Source: a virus
Taxonomy: Duplodnaviria > Caudoviricetes
DNA length: 25,715 bases
Reading direction: 5' to 3' (one strand)
Virus record (IMG/VR): IMGVR_UViG_3300025264_000101
Location: 1 to 25,715 of that record
The translations under genes were made by a program, and so were the position numbers. How positions within the stretch are numbered: position 1 is the first letter of the stretch; the number at the start of each line of letters is the position of its first letter. Below are positions 7,207 through 15,942 of the stretch, piece after piece. A model generated the notes under the pieces. The model did not search any database and had not been told where the DNA came from. It worked only from the letters and a program-made list of their open reading frames with translations.

Positions 7207-7392
7207 ATGGCCCTTAATAAAGAGATTGAAGTTTTCTATGAAAAACTTGCCAAGATCAAGGGCAAGACACCTGCCGATGAAGGCCGCAGAGCCGCCATAG
7301 AGGACGATATTGCGCGGTTGGAATTAAGGCGGAAAAAAGAAACCGGCGCCTTGGAAAACCGTTCCCATTTGGAAGCGCAATGGAATGACTGA
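7207..7392 (+). CDS. Hypothetical helical protein (61 aa)
   Basis: GGAGAAGG RBS before ATG 7207 (MALNKEIEVFYEKL...); this is the 3' part of track ORF 6892..7392. Confidence 0.65.
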   Translation: MALNKEIEVFYEKLAKIKGKTPADEGRRAAIEDDIARLELRRKKETGALENRSHLEAQWND

Positions 7393-7633
7393 TCAAAAAA
7401 AACTTGGCCGTCCGGTGGGCAGCCATAAGTGGCCGCACCGCATCAACGTATATCTGTCAGATGAAGACCGCGCGTTGGTGGACAAGGCCCGTGGTGACGT
7501 TTCAATTTCGCGGTACGTCAGGGATGCAGTTGTGGCAAAGGCAAAGCGGCGGGTGAAACAGCTATTTCTTCGTCGCCCTTGCCCTGCTCATGGCCCGGTT
7601 TCCAAACCAGAACGAAATGATGCAAGCCAATAG
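7385..7633 (+). CDS. Ribbon-helix-helix (CopG/Arc-like) DNA-binding protein
   Basis: KKLGRP...RINVYLSDEDRALVDKARGDVSISRYVRDAV. Confidence 0.7.
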   Translation: MTDQKKLGRPVGSHKWPHRINVYLSDEDRALVDKARGDVSISRYVRDAVVAKAKRRVKQLFLRRPCPAHGPVSKPERNDASQ

Positions 7634-8029
7634 CCCCATTTCTTCTTCCCCAAAGGCACTTTCCAGAGCCGTCGGCCAATCAACGTCTTGATTTGCAATC
7701 AGTGAGTATACCAAGCCCACCTCTACGGCTATAAATGTTCCCATGAAAAGATAGGTGATGACCGGCCTGACGCTGGCTTGAAGGGACACAACCCAGCCGC
7801 CATGTGCGGCCAGAGCCATGTCGTGTTCATAGAGTTTTTCCGTTTCTACTATATCAGCCTTGGCGTCCAGTTCCTGTAAATTCATGGTGGACAGAGCCTG
7901 AGCATACTGTGCCTTGGCTGCCAGCATGGCTAATTCCTGTTTGTTGGCTTGGCCCTGCCTAAAAAAACCGAGAATCTCAGGGATAATGGACGTGGAAAAG
8001 CCCAGAAGACTGCCTAAAAGTGCGATCAT
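7562..8029 (-). CDS. Holin-like membrane protein (3TM type)
   Basis: Start at ATG 8029 (ATGA overlap). MIALLGSLLGF..., LQASVRPVITYLF and IISFWFGNRAM motifs; lies in the lysis cluster. Confidence 0.7.
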   Translation of the reverse strand: MIALLGSLLGFSTSIIPEILGFFRQGQANKQELAMLAAKAQYAQALSTMNLQELDAKADIVETEKLYEHDMALAAHGGWVVSLQASVRPVITYLFMGTFIAVEVGLVYSLIANQDVDWPTALESAFGEEEMGLLACIISFWFGNRAMSRARATKK

Positions 8030-8352
8030 CTTTTGCGCCCGCTGGGCATCGGCGATCCGCCTTTTCCTACATAGAGTCCGAAGAACGCAGCACCCGCGCC
8101 CACGATTGTGGAAATAAATGCCGCCTGTGCATTGGTTGGATCTGACAGCGCCATGAACCACATCGTGGATTCATAAAAGGCGTATATATATGCCAGCATT
8201 ATCAGCCGGGGGATCACCCGGAACTTATCAAGCAACCCAGCCGTCTGATTGCACCAAGTTTGCGCGTCGTCCCCGGTGGGGGGCGCCAGATCAGAGGCCA
8301 GCAATTCGTATTCGCGGGAGGTCTCAACGACCTTGACCACATTGTCAGCCAT
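8026..8352 (-). CDS. Two-TM membrane protein, lysis cluster
   Basis: LDKFRVIPRLIMLAYIYAFY...WFM...QAAFISTIVGAGAAFFGLYV. Confidence 0.75.
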   Translation of the reverse strand: MADNVVKVVETSREYELLASDLAPPTGDDAQTWCNQTAGLLDKFRVIPRLIMLAYIYAFYESTMWFMALSDPTNAQAAFISTIVGAGAAFFGLYVGKGGSPMPSGRKR

Positions 8353-8950
8353 TGGTGTCTTCTTCCGCCTTCAAAAACAATGCTGAAATTCTGTTGGCCC
8401 GTTCGCCGACCTGGTCGGCCCACTGGCTGTCCAGGGCTTCCGTTGCGGCGGTGTCAAAATCACCATCCTTCAAGGCCGCCAGCATACGGGAAAATCCTCG
8501 TAATCTGGGCACCCCGAGATTGAATGCCATGTTCGCCAGACCGCGCTGGGCCGGTTCCGGCATCTTGCTCCACCACGGAAACCCGGCATTCAGTTCACTG
8601 ACAGTGCGCTTGATGTCGTTGTCCAGCAGATCCATCGCCTCGACGGCGGAAATACCTATGGCGTCTAAATTTCTGCCGGTGCCGATCGTCAAGGCGCCAG
8701 CCGTGCAATGGTACGGCTTCAGCTTGACGCCTTCGTCCATTTTCAAATCGTCGGAAAGTTGTTTTGCGTCCATTTTTTCTATCGGCTTGGGGCGGTTGAA
8801 AATACGTTCCGGCAATTCGCGGTAGACCAGACAGTCATAGTTTTCAGTATGGCCTTTCAACGGCCCGTTGAACTTCCAGCCGTTTATGATGTAGCCTTCA
8901 ATTTCGTGATATTCGGCATAGCGCAATTCAATTTCTGCGCGGTTTCTCAT
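8345..8950 (-). CDS. Endolysin, T4-lysozyme-like (GH24)
   Basis: DEGVKLKPYHCTAGALTIGTGRNL, LANMAFNLG and EALDSQWADQVGERANR. The lysozyme domain starts near M60 (8773). Confidence 0.9.
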   Translation of the reverse strand: MRNRAEIELRYAEYHEIEGYIINGWKFNGPLKGHTENYDCLVYRELPERIFNRPKPIEKMDAKQLSDDLKMDEGVKLKPYHCTAGALTIGTGRNLDAIGISAVEAMDLLDNDIKRTVSELNAGFPWWSKMPEPAQRGLANMAFNLGVPRLRGFSRMLAALKDGDFDTAATEALDSQWADQVGERANRISALFLKAEEDTNG

Positions 8951-9336
8951 TTACCGAATGCCTTTTTGAAACTCTTTTCTTCATTTTCTGGCGTCATCAT
9001 ATCGCACGCTATTGTCGATGTGAGGGTGGTGATGTCCTGCACTCGGCGAAATAAGCAAACGTCCAGATCGACGGCCACCAGGCAAACGATGTCGCAGTCA
9101 TCCTTCGTGAGTTTCCGCCGCCGTATTCCGCGGCTGGTCATAAATTGGTACCACCGGCCATCTTTTTGTGGTGATTTCGAAGCCTTGACCTGGATACGCT
9201 TGATGCGTTTGTCCTTCATGGCGATCAAGTCAACGCCTTCCGTCGTCGCCACGACCACGCGCCAGCCGTTCTTTTCAAGACAGGCCGCCGCCAGATATTC
9301 GCCTGCGCGACCAACATCATTGTTGTCGCCGACCAA
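8947..9336 (-). CDS. Free-standing PD-(D/E)XK endonuclease
   Basis: GRAGEYLAAACLEKNGW...VDLIA...IQVKAS...DCDIVCLV. Confidence 0.75.
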   Translation of the reverse strand: MVGDNNDVGRAGEYLAAACLEKNGWRVVVATTEGVDLIAMKDKRIKRIQVKASKSPQKDGRWYQFMTSRGIRRRKLTKDDCDIVCLVAVDLDVCLFRRVQDITTLTSTIACDMMTPENEEKSFKKAFGK

Positions 9337-9651
9337 TTAACTTGCCCGCGCCAGCCGACGAATTTCTTCTTTCAAATGCTCAACGTCTTTTCCCAGAGAC
9401 GTTAGTTCGCGAACTTTGGCTTCCAGATTTGACGGCGCAGAGATGTCCGTCAAAATGTTGACGCGCTGACGCAGGTTGTTGGTTTCTACGTCGATGCGGT
9501 CAAGACGATTATCGAGTTGCCTGATTGACGCCTTAAATTCTTCAAGTTGAGCGGTGATGGCGCCAATTTGATGTCTGGCGATTGCCATGGCAGCGACAAC
9601 GCTCGCAAAAACAGCGCCGACAGACAGGAGCATTCGAAGATCGAATTCCAT
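9337..9651 (-). CDS. Membrane-anchored coiled-coil protein
   Basis: N-terminal TM segment followed by a heptad-rich helix. Confidence 0.7.
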   Translation of the reverse strand: MEFDLRMLLSVGAVFASVVAAMAIARHQIGAITAQLEEFKASIRQLDNRLDRIDVETNNLRQRVNILTDISAPSNLEAKVRELTSLGKDVEHLKEEIRRLARAS

Positions 9652-9657
9652 ATGAAA

Positions 9658-9855
9658 TCACTTTTCTGCCGCGCTTTCCGCGCGCAACGCTTTCCGATTT
9701 ATGCGCCATCTTTGAATGAGGACAATAATCGACAGAGCGCCGATGGCCGTGCCGAGCAGAGTGTTGAAATCCCCGCCAAGAATAAAATTCCAAAGTGATG
9801 CGGCAAAACCCGATCCGGCGGCAGCGGCGTCTATGTTTTCAGGTCTGATCGTCAC
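9658..9855 (-). CDS. Small membrane protein (holin-like)
   Basis: Two hydrophobic segments and a basic C-terminus; start overlaps the upstream stop. Confidence 0.6.
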   Translation of the reverse strand: MTIRPENIDAAAAGSGFAASLWNFILGGDFNTLLGTAIGALSIIVLIQRWRINRKALRAESAAEK

Positions 9856-10172
9856 GCGGGGTCAGCTTTCGGTGGCGGGTACTTATTCCCGGTCATAGAG
9901 AGATCGGTCCCGGTCCCCTGGATACAAGCCAAATTATTCATGTTGGGCCGAGTGACGACGACTGTCCAGCTCCCGTGCGAACTCGCGAAAAGTTCGAATA
10001 GCGAATCCCCGGCAAGCCCATGGGCGACGACGATCTCCCGATATTCTTGCAACAGCCGGTCAGCTATCTTGTGATGAGCCTGGCAGATTAAAGGCATCTG
10101 CTGGGCCTGGACGGCAGGCATTAAAAAAGCCGCCACGAGGGCGGCTGCGAGGGCGGCGGCGAGGCGGGTCAT
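9852..10172 (-). CDS. Exported protein with signal peptide
   Basis: Signal peptide ending VQA; two Cys; ELFAS..GSWTVVVTRP...AC pattern. Confidence 0.7.
   Translation of the reverse strand: MTRLAAALAAALVAAFLMPAVQAQQMPLICQAHHKIADRLLQEYREIVVAHGLAGDSLFELFASSHGSWTVVVTRPNMNNLACIQGTGTDLSMTGNKYPPPKADPA
10123..10146 (-). terminator. Terminator-like hairpin inside the signal-peptide codons
   Basis: Minus strand AGCCGCC-CTCGT-GGCGGCT followed by T5. Confidence 0.55.
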
Positions 10173-10339
10173 TCGGGGGTGCCGTCTACTTCTTGGATCG
10201 TGGAGGTGCCCGCCTCGACCTCTTCCATCATGCGGGCGTAGTCCGTATTGTTAGGGTCTGGCGGAATATTCACATTCGGAGTACCTTCTGCTGCATAATA
10301 TTTTGTGCGGCCATTGTCGATATGCTTAAAATATTTCAT
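10169..10339 (-). CDS. Small tail-fibre-associated protein (56 aa)
   Basis: Not in the track. MKYFKHIDNG...IPPDPNNTDYARMMEEVEAGTSTIQEVDGTPE fills the gap directly after the fibre gene and ends in an ATGA overlap. Confidence 0.7.
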   Translation of the reverse strand: MKYFKHIDNGRTKYYAAEGTPNVNIPPDPNNTDYARMMEEVEAGTSTIQEVDGTPE

Positions 10340-10341
10340 AG

Positions 10342-11721
10342 TTATAACTCCGCTGCTGCTTCAAGTACCTGGCCAGATTTAAGTTCTACAAAAAGACCGT
10401 TTCCATCCACATATCCTGAACCACTGGCAATCGTAGCAGTTACACTATGAATCCCTGCCGCATTGGTGGACAGAGTGCCATCAACCCCGCCGGCAGATGA
10501 ATCGATGGTGTTAAAAGTTCCCCATGTCATGGTTGGCGCTGCCCTCATTGTGGTTGGAAAGTCTAACCCGCCAACAATACCAGTTGATGTACTCCTACAG
10601 GTTCCAGCCAGACCAACTCCACTGGCAGTAGTCCATTTAACGTAATAGCGTTGGCACTTAGCTAATGTCGTCCCGTAATCTTCTGCTTGAAACGATGTGG
10701 AGACACTACCTAATTCCAGTTGCACATTGGCTAGAAAGAAATCGTTGCCCGTGTTGTCGAGTAAATTCTGCTGGTTTGATGTTGCATACCCTTCTGTGCT
10801 GGTCTGCCATGCGTCCGCTGTGGATTGGTACGTGCCAGTCGCCATCAGCGGAAAAACCAGCCACAGGCTTGCATTAGCATCGTTGTCGATAACAGGGACA
10901 GAGGTGCCGGGGGCGGGGAAATCGACAGTTATGTATTCCCAAGTATTTGCCGACGTGACGGTATATTCCGTGCAGCATGAGTCATTTCCTTCCTGAAGAT
11001 ACACCGCAACGCAATGAGTGCCAGATTTTGGCGATTTAACCCAGAAGCTCAAAGCCAACGGATAATCGTCAGTTGCTTGCCCCCAATTCAAGTGCTGTAG
11101 ATTCTGCCCTTCCATCTTTTGGAGAACGGCACTGATGTTATTGCCCGAAGTGTCAGTGTCAGCCGTGGTCACGTCAATTTGTAGGCAATATCTAAACGGG
11201 CCATCTGTGGTGCCAGCAGTTGCTTGACTGGCGGTGTAACGGCCTGATGAGGATGTTCCGTAGTGTGTCCAACCATCAGTTCCGTAGTAAACATAGTTGG
11301 TGCCGCCAATACCCGTCACCGACGATCTTTGAGCCACTGTGAAACCGCCATTCAAAAGCAAATTCTTATTTCCGCCCGGAATTGGATTTGCGCCGCCAGT
11401 TATACTGCCGAACCGGAATTGCTCCGTGCCGCCAGCAGTCACTCCAACGGTATCGGCGGCGGGGAAATATAATCCAGTGTTAGTGTCCGCTGTCGCCTGC
11501 AATGAAGGCGCCGAAACCGTCCCGGCGGCTGCCGACAACGCGGTCGTGGTCTTCAATGTCGCCAGTGACTGGGTGCCGTCGTACAGCTCGGCCAGATCCT
11601 GCATAATCGCCCGCATCCAGTTATTTACGTCCGATGGGGCCATGCCTTCCGCGCACGAAATTGACTGCAACGTCGTGTTGGATGCCGCCGTTTTTGAATA
11701 GGCTGATATTGTGTCTGCCAT
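10342..11721 (-). CDS. Tail fibre / receptor-binding protein
   Basis: N-terminal anchor (AEGMAPSDVNNWMRAIM), DTNTGLYFPAAD, NLLLNGGFTVAQR carbohydrate-binding-like domain, VQLELGSVSTSF...LAKCQRYY. Confidence 0.8.
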   Translation of the reverse strand: MADTISAYSKTAASNTTLQSISCAEGMAPSDVNNWMRAIMQDLAELYDGTQSLATLKTTTALSAAAGTVSAPSLQATADTNTGLYFPAADTVGVTAGGTEQFRFGSITGGANPIPGGNKNLLLNGGFTVAQRSSVTGIGGTNYVYYGTDGWTHYGTSSSGRYTASQATAGTTDGPFRYCLQIDVTTADTDTSGNNISAVLQKMEGQNLQHLNWGQATDDYPLALSFWVKSPKSGTHCVAVYLQEGNDSCCTEYTVTSANTWEYITVDFPAPGTSVPVIDNDANASLWLVFPLMATGTYQSTADAWQTSTEGYATSNQQNLLDNTGNDFFLANVQLELGSVSTSFQAEDYGTTLAKCQRYYVKWTTASGVGLAGTCRSTSTGIVGGLDFPTTMRAAPTMTWGTFNTIDSSAGGVDGTLSTNAAGIHSVTATIASGSGYVDGNGLFVELKSGQVLEAAAEL

Positions 11722-11734
11722 AAATTAACTCCGT

Positions 11735-11761
11735 AAAAAACCCGCCATCGACGGGCGGGTT
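11735..11761 (-). terminator. Rho-independent terminator before the tail fibre gene
   Basis: Minus strand AACCCGCC-CGTCGAT-GGCGGGTT followed by TTTT. Confidence 0.7.
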
Positions 11762-11763
11762 GG

Positions 11764-13365
11764 TTATTGTCGCCGACCAGCGCTCTTGGCGTATGGCGGC
11801 TGTGGTTCCATGTCTTGCAGGCGGCCTGCCTGGAATGCGGCCCTCCCGCCTGGGCCAAGTAGCCCACCCCATTTGCCGCCGTAATAGGCGGTCTCACCCA
11901 TCAAGCGGGGGATGGTTAGCGGTAGCCCTGCAACAAATGTTGGATCACTGAAGGCGTATAGGGCGGCACCGGCAGCAGGCACCCTAGCCAATCCACGTGG
12001 GGCTTTTTCGTGTAAGGCTTGCCCCGCCAGTTTCGGCCTCAGGGTTGCTGCCCCGGCCTTCTCTAATTGTTTCGCCAACTGTCCGCGTCGGCCCCAATTC
12101 GTATAGACATTGTTTCGCATGATTGATTGCAGGGCCTTTAAGGATGAACCAACCTTTGCCTTTTTCCCCGCCAGCTTAAACTCGTCTTGGATCTCTAGGA
12201 TCAGGCCGGTGGCCCTCTCGTATTCGGACATGATGTCGGCGTAATCGGGGGCCTGTTCAGCTATCACTTCTCTGACGGCGTGATACATCTCGTCCGCTAT
12301 TTTACGGTCAGGCGTGCCGAACTTCGTATTTTGCCGGATGCTGCCTATGGCCTGCTTCAGAGCATCGAGGCCCTCGACGGTTCTGAATATGGCCGGATCA
12401 GCCTCGGCCCATTCTTGAACTTTATTTGCAATCTTTTCAAACGTACCCGCTACTTCTTCGCGGACGACTTTACCGTGGAAAAGTCCGGCCTCTCCGACAT
12501 CGCCCAGCTTCTTTGTAATGGGGCCAAAGTCTAGAATCTTTGGATCAGAGGTAACTTCCGCCATTTTACTGGTGTATGCCGCCGCTCGTTCTTCACGTAG
12601 ACGGGCCAACGCCTTATTAGCGTCATTCACAACCGTATCAAGAGGTGCCTTACCCCGCATATTATCCAGAAAATCCTTGGCCATCTGGCCGCCGGTTTTT
12701 CCTGCCTTTGCGGCTGCACTTAAAGCGTCAGAACCGACACCCGTTGTTAGTCCGACGCCTATCTTAGCGACAGGGGCGGCTACCTTTGTTGCTGCGGTGA
12801 CCGGATCAACAAAATCCGCAGCGGTTTGAACAGCCCTGCCAACTTTACCTAACGCAGACGGCGCACGGGCTGCTGCCCCACCAAATCCGGTTAATACAGT
12901 TGCGAGGTCTGCTAAAGATCCGGCTGGGTCTGTCGCCAATGTCCGCTTAATGTTTTCAACGCCCCAGTAACGGTCCATGAAAAACTGACCCACAGCGTCC
13001 GCAACAGCTTCGTCGGGCTGTTGGCCAGGAATTAATTTTTGATAAATACCTCTACCAAGAGCCGCTATAGATTTTGCCGTTCCTATCGGATCAGTGAATG
13101 GCTGTACTATATCGCTGCCTAACTGGACCGCGCTTTCAGGCAAATTAGAGACAGCTTGCGTCGCGACATCCGACCATGAAAGCGGCCCTGCTACTGGGTT
13201 ATCAGCAAGTTGAATATCACCGGCTGACATATATTTTTCCGCAGCCGCACTTGCAGAGCCACGAGTTTTATATTTGTCCTGGCCAAAGAATATTTGTCTT
13301 CCATCCGGGGTTTTCAGACCCCAACCGGGACGCCCATTCTTTACGGCTTCGACTAGGTCAGCCAT
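11764..13365 (-). CDS. Putative DNA ejection / internal virion protein (533 aa)
   Basis: Ala/Gly-rich helical protein; third of three such genes in the P22-like ejection-protein position. Confidence 0.6.
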   Translation of the reverse strand: MADLVEAVKNGRPGWGLKTPDGRQIFFGQDKYKTRGSASAAAEKYMSAGDIQLADNPVAGPLSWSDVATQAVSNLPESAVQLGSDIVQPFTDPIGTAKSIAALGRGIYQKLIPGQQPDEAVADAVGQFFMDRYWGVENIKRTLATDPAGSLADLATVLTGFGGAAARAPSALGKVGRAVQTAADFVDPVTAATKVAAPVAKIGVGLTTGVGSDALSAAAKAGKTGGQMAKDFLDNMRGKAPLDTVVNDANKALARLREERAAAYTSKMAEVTSDPKILDFGPITKKLGDVGEAGLFHGKVVREEVAGTFEKIANKVQEWAEADPAIFRTVEGLDALKQAIGSIRQNTKFGTPDRKIADEMYHAVREVIAEQAPDYADIMSEYERATGLILEIQDEFKLAGKKAKVGSSLKALQSIMRNNVYTNWGRRGQLAKQLEKAGAATLRPKLAGQALHEKAPRGLARVPAAGAALYAFSDPTFVAGLPLTIPRLMGETAYYGGKWGGLLGPGGRAAFQAGRLQDMEPQPPYAKSAGRRQ

Positions 13366-14405
13366 TAGCCTTCCTCTGCATTGTTAAAATCGGCGCGATC
13401 CCTCATCACAACATCTTTTGGGTCGTACTGATGTCGTATAGCCAAAGCTCTATATTTATCGCTGATGACATTAATTCGGCCCCGTGCGCGGTCGGATAGT
13501 TGAATGATCCGCTCTGCCATTGTCTTCGCAACCTTTGGATCGATGATGCCGCCCTTAGTAATTCTGTCGATTTGCAACATTATGGAACCGATCAGGCTTT
13601 GCGCTTGCCGACCCAACTTGACCTCACCCTCTCGGACGACACTTTCTGGGTCTAGGGCCGTGATAAATGAGTAGAGTGTTTCAAGCTGCGCTGTCGGACC
13701 AATTTCGGGAAGTTTCAGAATGTCCTGCGCCCTCATTCCCATATTTACAATCGGGCTGATGGCGTTGACTTTCTTGTCGTATTCCTTCCGCCATTTCGTC
13801 GTTGTATCCAGCATGCTCTGCCGCTTTGATTGGACATCTTGCTGACGCTGACGGGCCTCACCCTTAAATTCTCCCAGCGTCTTGCCAATATCCGGTGATA
13901 GAGCGAGGCGCATGGCATCGGTATCAGATAAAGGCGGTGGTCCAGCAGCAGCCATTGACTGAGGCGAACTAACCATTTGTGGGGATACGTTAAAAGCATC
14001 ACCGCTTTGCCCGGTAGGCGCAGAGACTAATTCAGAACTAGTGGGGGCTAGTGGTGTGCCCACGCCTGGGAGCGAACCCCGGCCACCCAAGTAGCGGCTC
14101 AATACCGCACTACGAATTTTTGCTTGTTGTTGAGCCAACGCTCCTGCCCGCAGTGCATTCTGGTATTGCAGCTTATTCATCTGTTGCTGCATCCCAGCAG
14201 CCTGGGCCTGACGGTAATTAGCGGTAGCGTTAGCCATTGCGTTCGCCATCGCCGCGCCCGTGCTGACCGGCATACGGGTTGGCCCGCCTGCTTGTGTCAG
14301 CGCCTGCGCGGCACCACCTAACGCCGCCCACCGGGGGTCGAGAAGGCCGCCAAAGCCAGTGCCACCGCCGACCTGGCCGAACAGTCCTGAAAATGGATTT
14401 GCCAT
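13365..14405 (-). CDS. Putative DNA ejection protein (346 aa)
   Basis: Gly/Ala/Gln-rich N-terminus, LDPESVVREGE motif, position in operon. Confidence 0.6.
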   Translation of the reverse strand: MANPFSGLFGQVGGGTGFGGLLDPRWAALGGAAQALTQAGGPTRMPVSTGAAMANAMANATANYRQAQAAGMQQQMNKLQYQNALRAGALAQQQAKIRSAVLSRYLGGRGSLPGVGTPLAPTSSELVSAPTGQSGDAFNVSPQMVSSPQSMAAAGPPPLSDTDAMRLALSPDIGKTLGEFKGEARQRQQDVQSKRQSMLDTTTKWRKEYDKKVNAISPIVNMGMRAQDILKLPEIGPTAQLETLYSFITALDPESVVREGEVKLGRQAQSLIGSIMLQIDRITKGGIIDPKVAKTMAERIIQLSDRARGRINVISDKYRALAIRHQYDPKDVVMRDRADFNNAEEG

Positions 14406-14414
14406 GGCCGCCCC

Positions 14415-15272
14415 CTAACCCAACAAACTCAAGCCAGCGCCGCCAAGCGCGCCCAGCCAAGGATTGACGCCCACCATATTTGCGAACTGCGCCCCAGAGA
14501 ATGCGCCGCCAAGACCGCTTGCCACGGGGTTCTCGTAGTACGGCGTGGCGGCTTGCCAACTTCCCGTGCCTGACAACGGCATCCCTTGGATTTGACTGAT
14601 GTATGCACTAAGCATGTCCCTCGGACGCTGCTGGTAGAAGCCGAAACGTGCGACCTTGTCGGCCAGTTCCCTTTGAGCCTGCGCCCCTTGGGTTGCGCCG
14701 ATTGCCGCCAGCCTTGCCGGGTCGGCGTAGTCAGTGGCTGCTATCTGCGGAGCCATGCCGATCATTTGATTTTGTCTCGCCCGTTCGGCTGCATATTGCG
14801 TAGCACCAACGTCGGCTAAACCACGACCGAATGCCTCTGTGGCCCTCTCGGTAGCTAGGGCCTGTGCGTTGCTGCCAAGCCTGCCAGAGCGGGCAAACTG
14901 CGACGTGATGCCTGGTAGTACCTGTTCCGTGAATTGCTGTGTAGCGGGCCTGACAGCGGCGTTATACATCTCAGTATATCGGGGACCGCCCAGCCAACTG
15001 CCGGACAGCGTGTCCACCGCGCCCTGTTGCGCCAGGGGATTCAGCGGATTGCCGCCAAGCGCCCGCAAGCGAATGAGGTTTTGCGCTGCGATGGTATCCG
15101 CCGATTGTGGCGCTACCGTGCTGAATGGATAATATTCCTGTGGCGCAGTCTGGTATTGCCGCTGCGCCTCACCAAGACCATACGATAGGTATGGCTGCAC
15201 GCCAGACCATGGGTCTCTATTTTCAGTCGTAACGATCTGTCCGCTAGGTTGCGATGATCCGCCTTTTGACAT
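14415..15272 (-). CDS. Putative DNA ejection / pilot protein (285 aa)
   Basis: MSKGGSS start, Gln/Ala-rich, Gly-rich hydrophobic C-terminus. Confidence 0.65.
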   Translation of the reverse strand: MSKGGSSQPSGQIVTTENRDPWSGVQPYLSYGLGEAQRQYQTAPQEYYPFSTVAPQSADTIAAQNLIRLRALGGNPLNPLAQQGAVDTLSGSWLGGPRYTEMYNAAVRPATQQFTEQVLPGITSQFARSGRLGSNAQALATERATEAFGRGLADVGATQYAAERARQNQMIGMAPQIAATDYADPARLAAIGATQGAQAQRELADKVARFGFYQQRPRDMLSAYISQIQGMPLSGTGSWQAATPYYENPVASGLGGAFSGAQFANMVGVNPWLGALGGAGLSLLG

Positions 15273-15671
15273 TCAAATCTCCTTAGCCAACACTGTGGCC
15301 ACTTCGTCATAATCTTTAAGTCGGCGTGCCCAGCCTTTTCGGCCAACCAGTTCGATACGCCGACACCCTCGCTGGCGCGCCCACGGGATCACCCGGTCGC
15401 GTTCCAGCCCCCGCAACTCTTCGTATTCACCGCCTGCCAACCAGATCCGGCAGTGGGAACCGTTGGGGTACCCAACAATCTCGGTCACCATGGCCGAGTT
15501 ATCCGCAGGCCAGAACTGGGCCTGGTCGTTCCTCAACAGATCGAGGATGTCATGCTCGGTATGCGTATCACCCGCGTGTTCAAGAGCCGCCAGGATGTGG
15601 TGACGCAAGCGCTTCCATTCATCCCAGAATGACGTAGCGGTAGGTTCTGTCGCTCTGGCTGTTGTTTGCAT
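15273..15671 (-). CDS. GNAT-like small virion assembly protein (start uncertain)
   Basis: MVTEIVGYP...IWLAGG...WARQRGCRRIELVGRKGWARRL; usual position before the ejection proteins. Confidence 0.65.
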   Translation of the reverse strand: MQTTARATEPTATSFWDEWKRLRHHILAALEHAGDTHTEHDILDLLRNDQAQFWPADNSAMVTEIVGYPNGSHCRIWLAGGEYEELRGLERDRVIPWARQRGCRRIELVGRKGWARRLKDYDEVATVLAKEI

Positions 15672-15942
15672 GGGTCAGCGTTAAAGTCTGCTTTCCTTGG
15701 GCACTCACGTAGATGGTACCGTTGCCAATCTCGGCAGCGGCATTGGCCGTGGTTGGCATCAGTCCGAAATAGCTAGTGGCGCTAAGGCGCTTATCAGCCA
15801 CTGCTGTCGTTGCTGCACTGGCCGTTAATGTCACGCTGCCAGTGGCGTTGATGCCGCCGTCTAAAGCTCTGTTGACGACTTCCGCGATCTGGCGGGGCGT
15901 AGCGCCAGCTTGTGGAAGCCTCCGAAATTGATTGTCAGCCAT
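15619..15942 (-). CDS. Virion structural protein (107 aa)
   Basis: Start ATG 15942 overlaps the upstream stop. MADNQFRRLP...IAEVVN...GSVTL...THANN. Confidence 0.75.
   Translation of the reverse strand: MADNQFRRLPQAGATPRQIAEVVNRALDGGINATGSVTLTASAATTAVADKRLSATSYFGLMPTTANAAAEIGNGTIYVSAQGKQTLTLTHANNSQSDRTYRYVILG

Noticed and set aside
8030-8161. Extended start of the holin-like ORF (8161)
   Set aside because: It overlaps the 8026..8352 gene; ATG 8029 is translationally coupled and begins with a TM segment.
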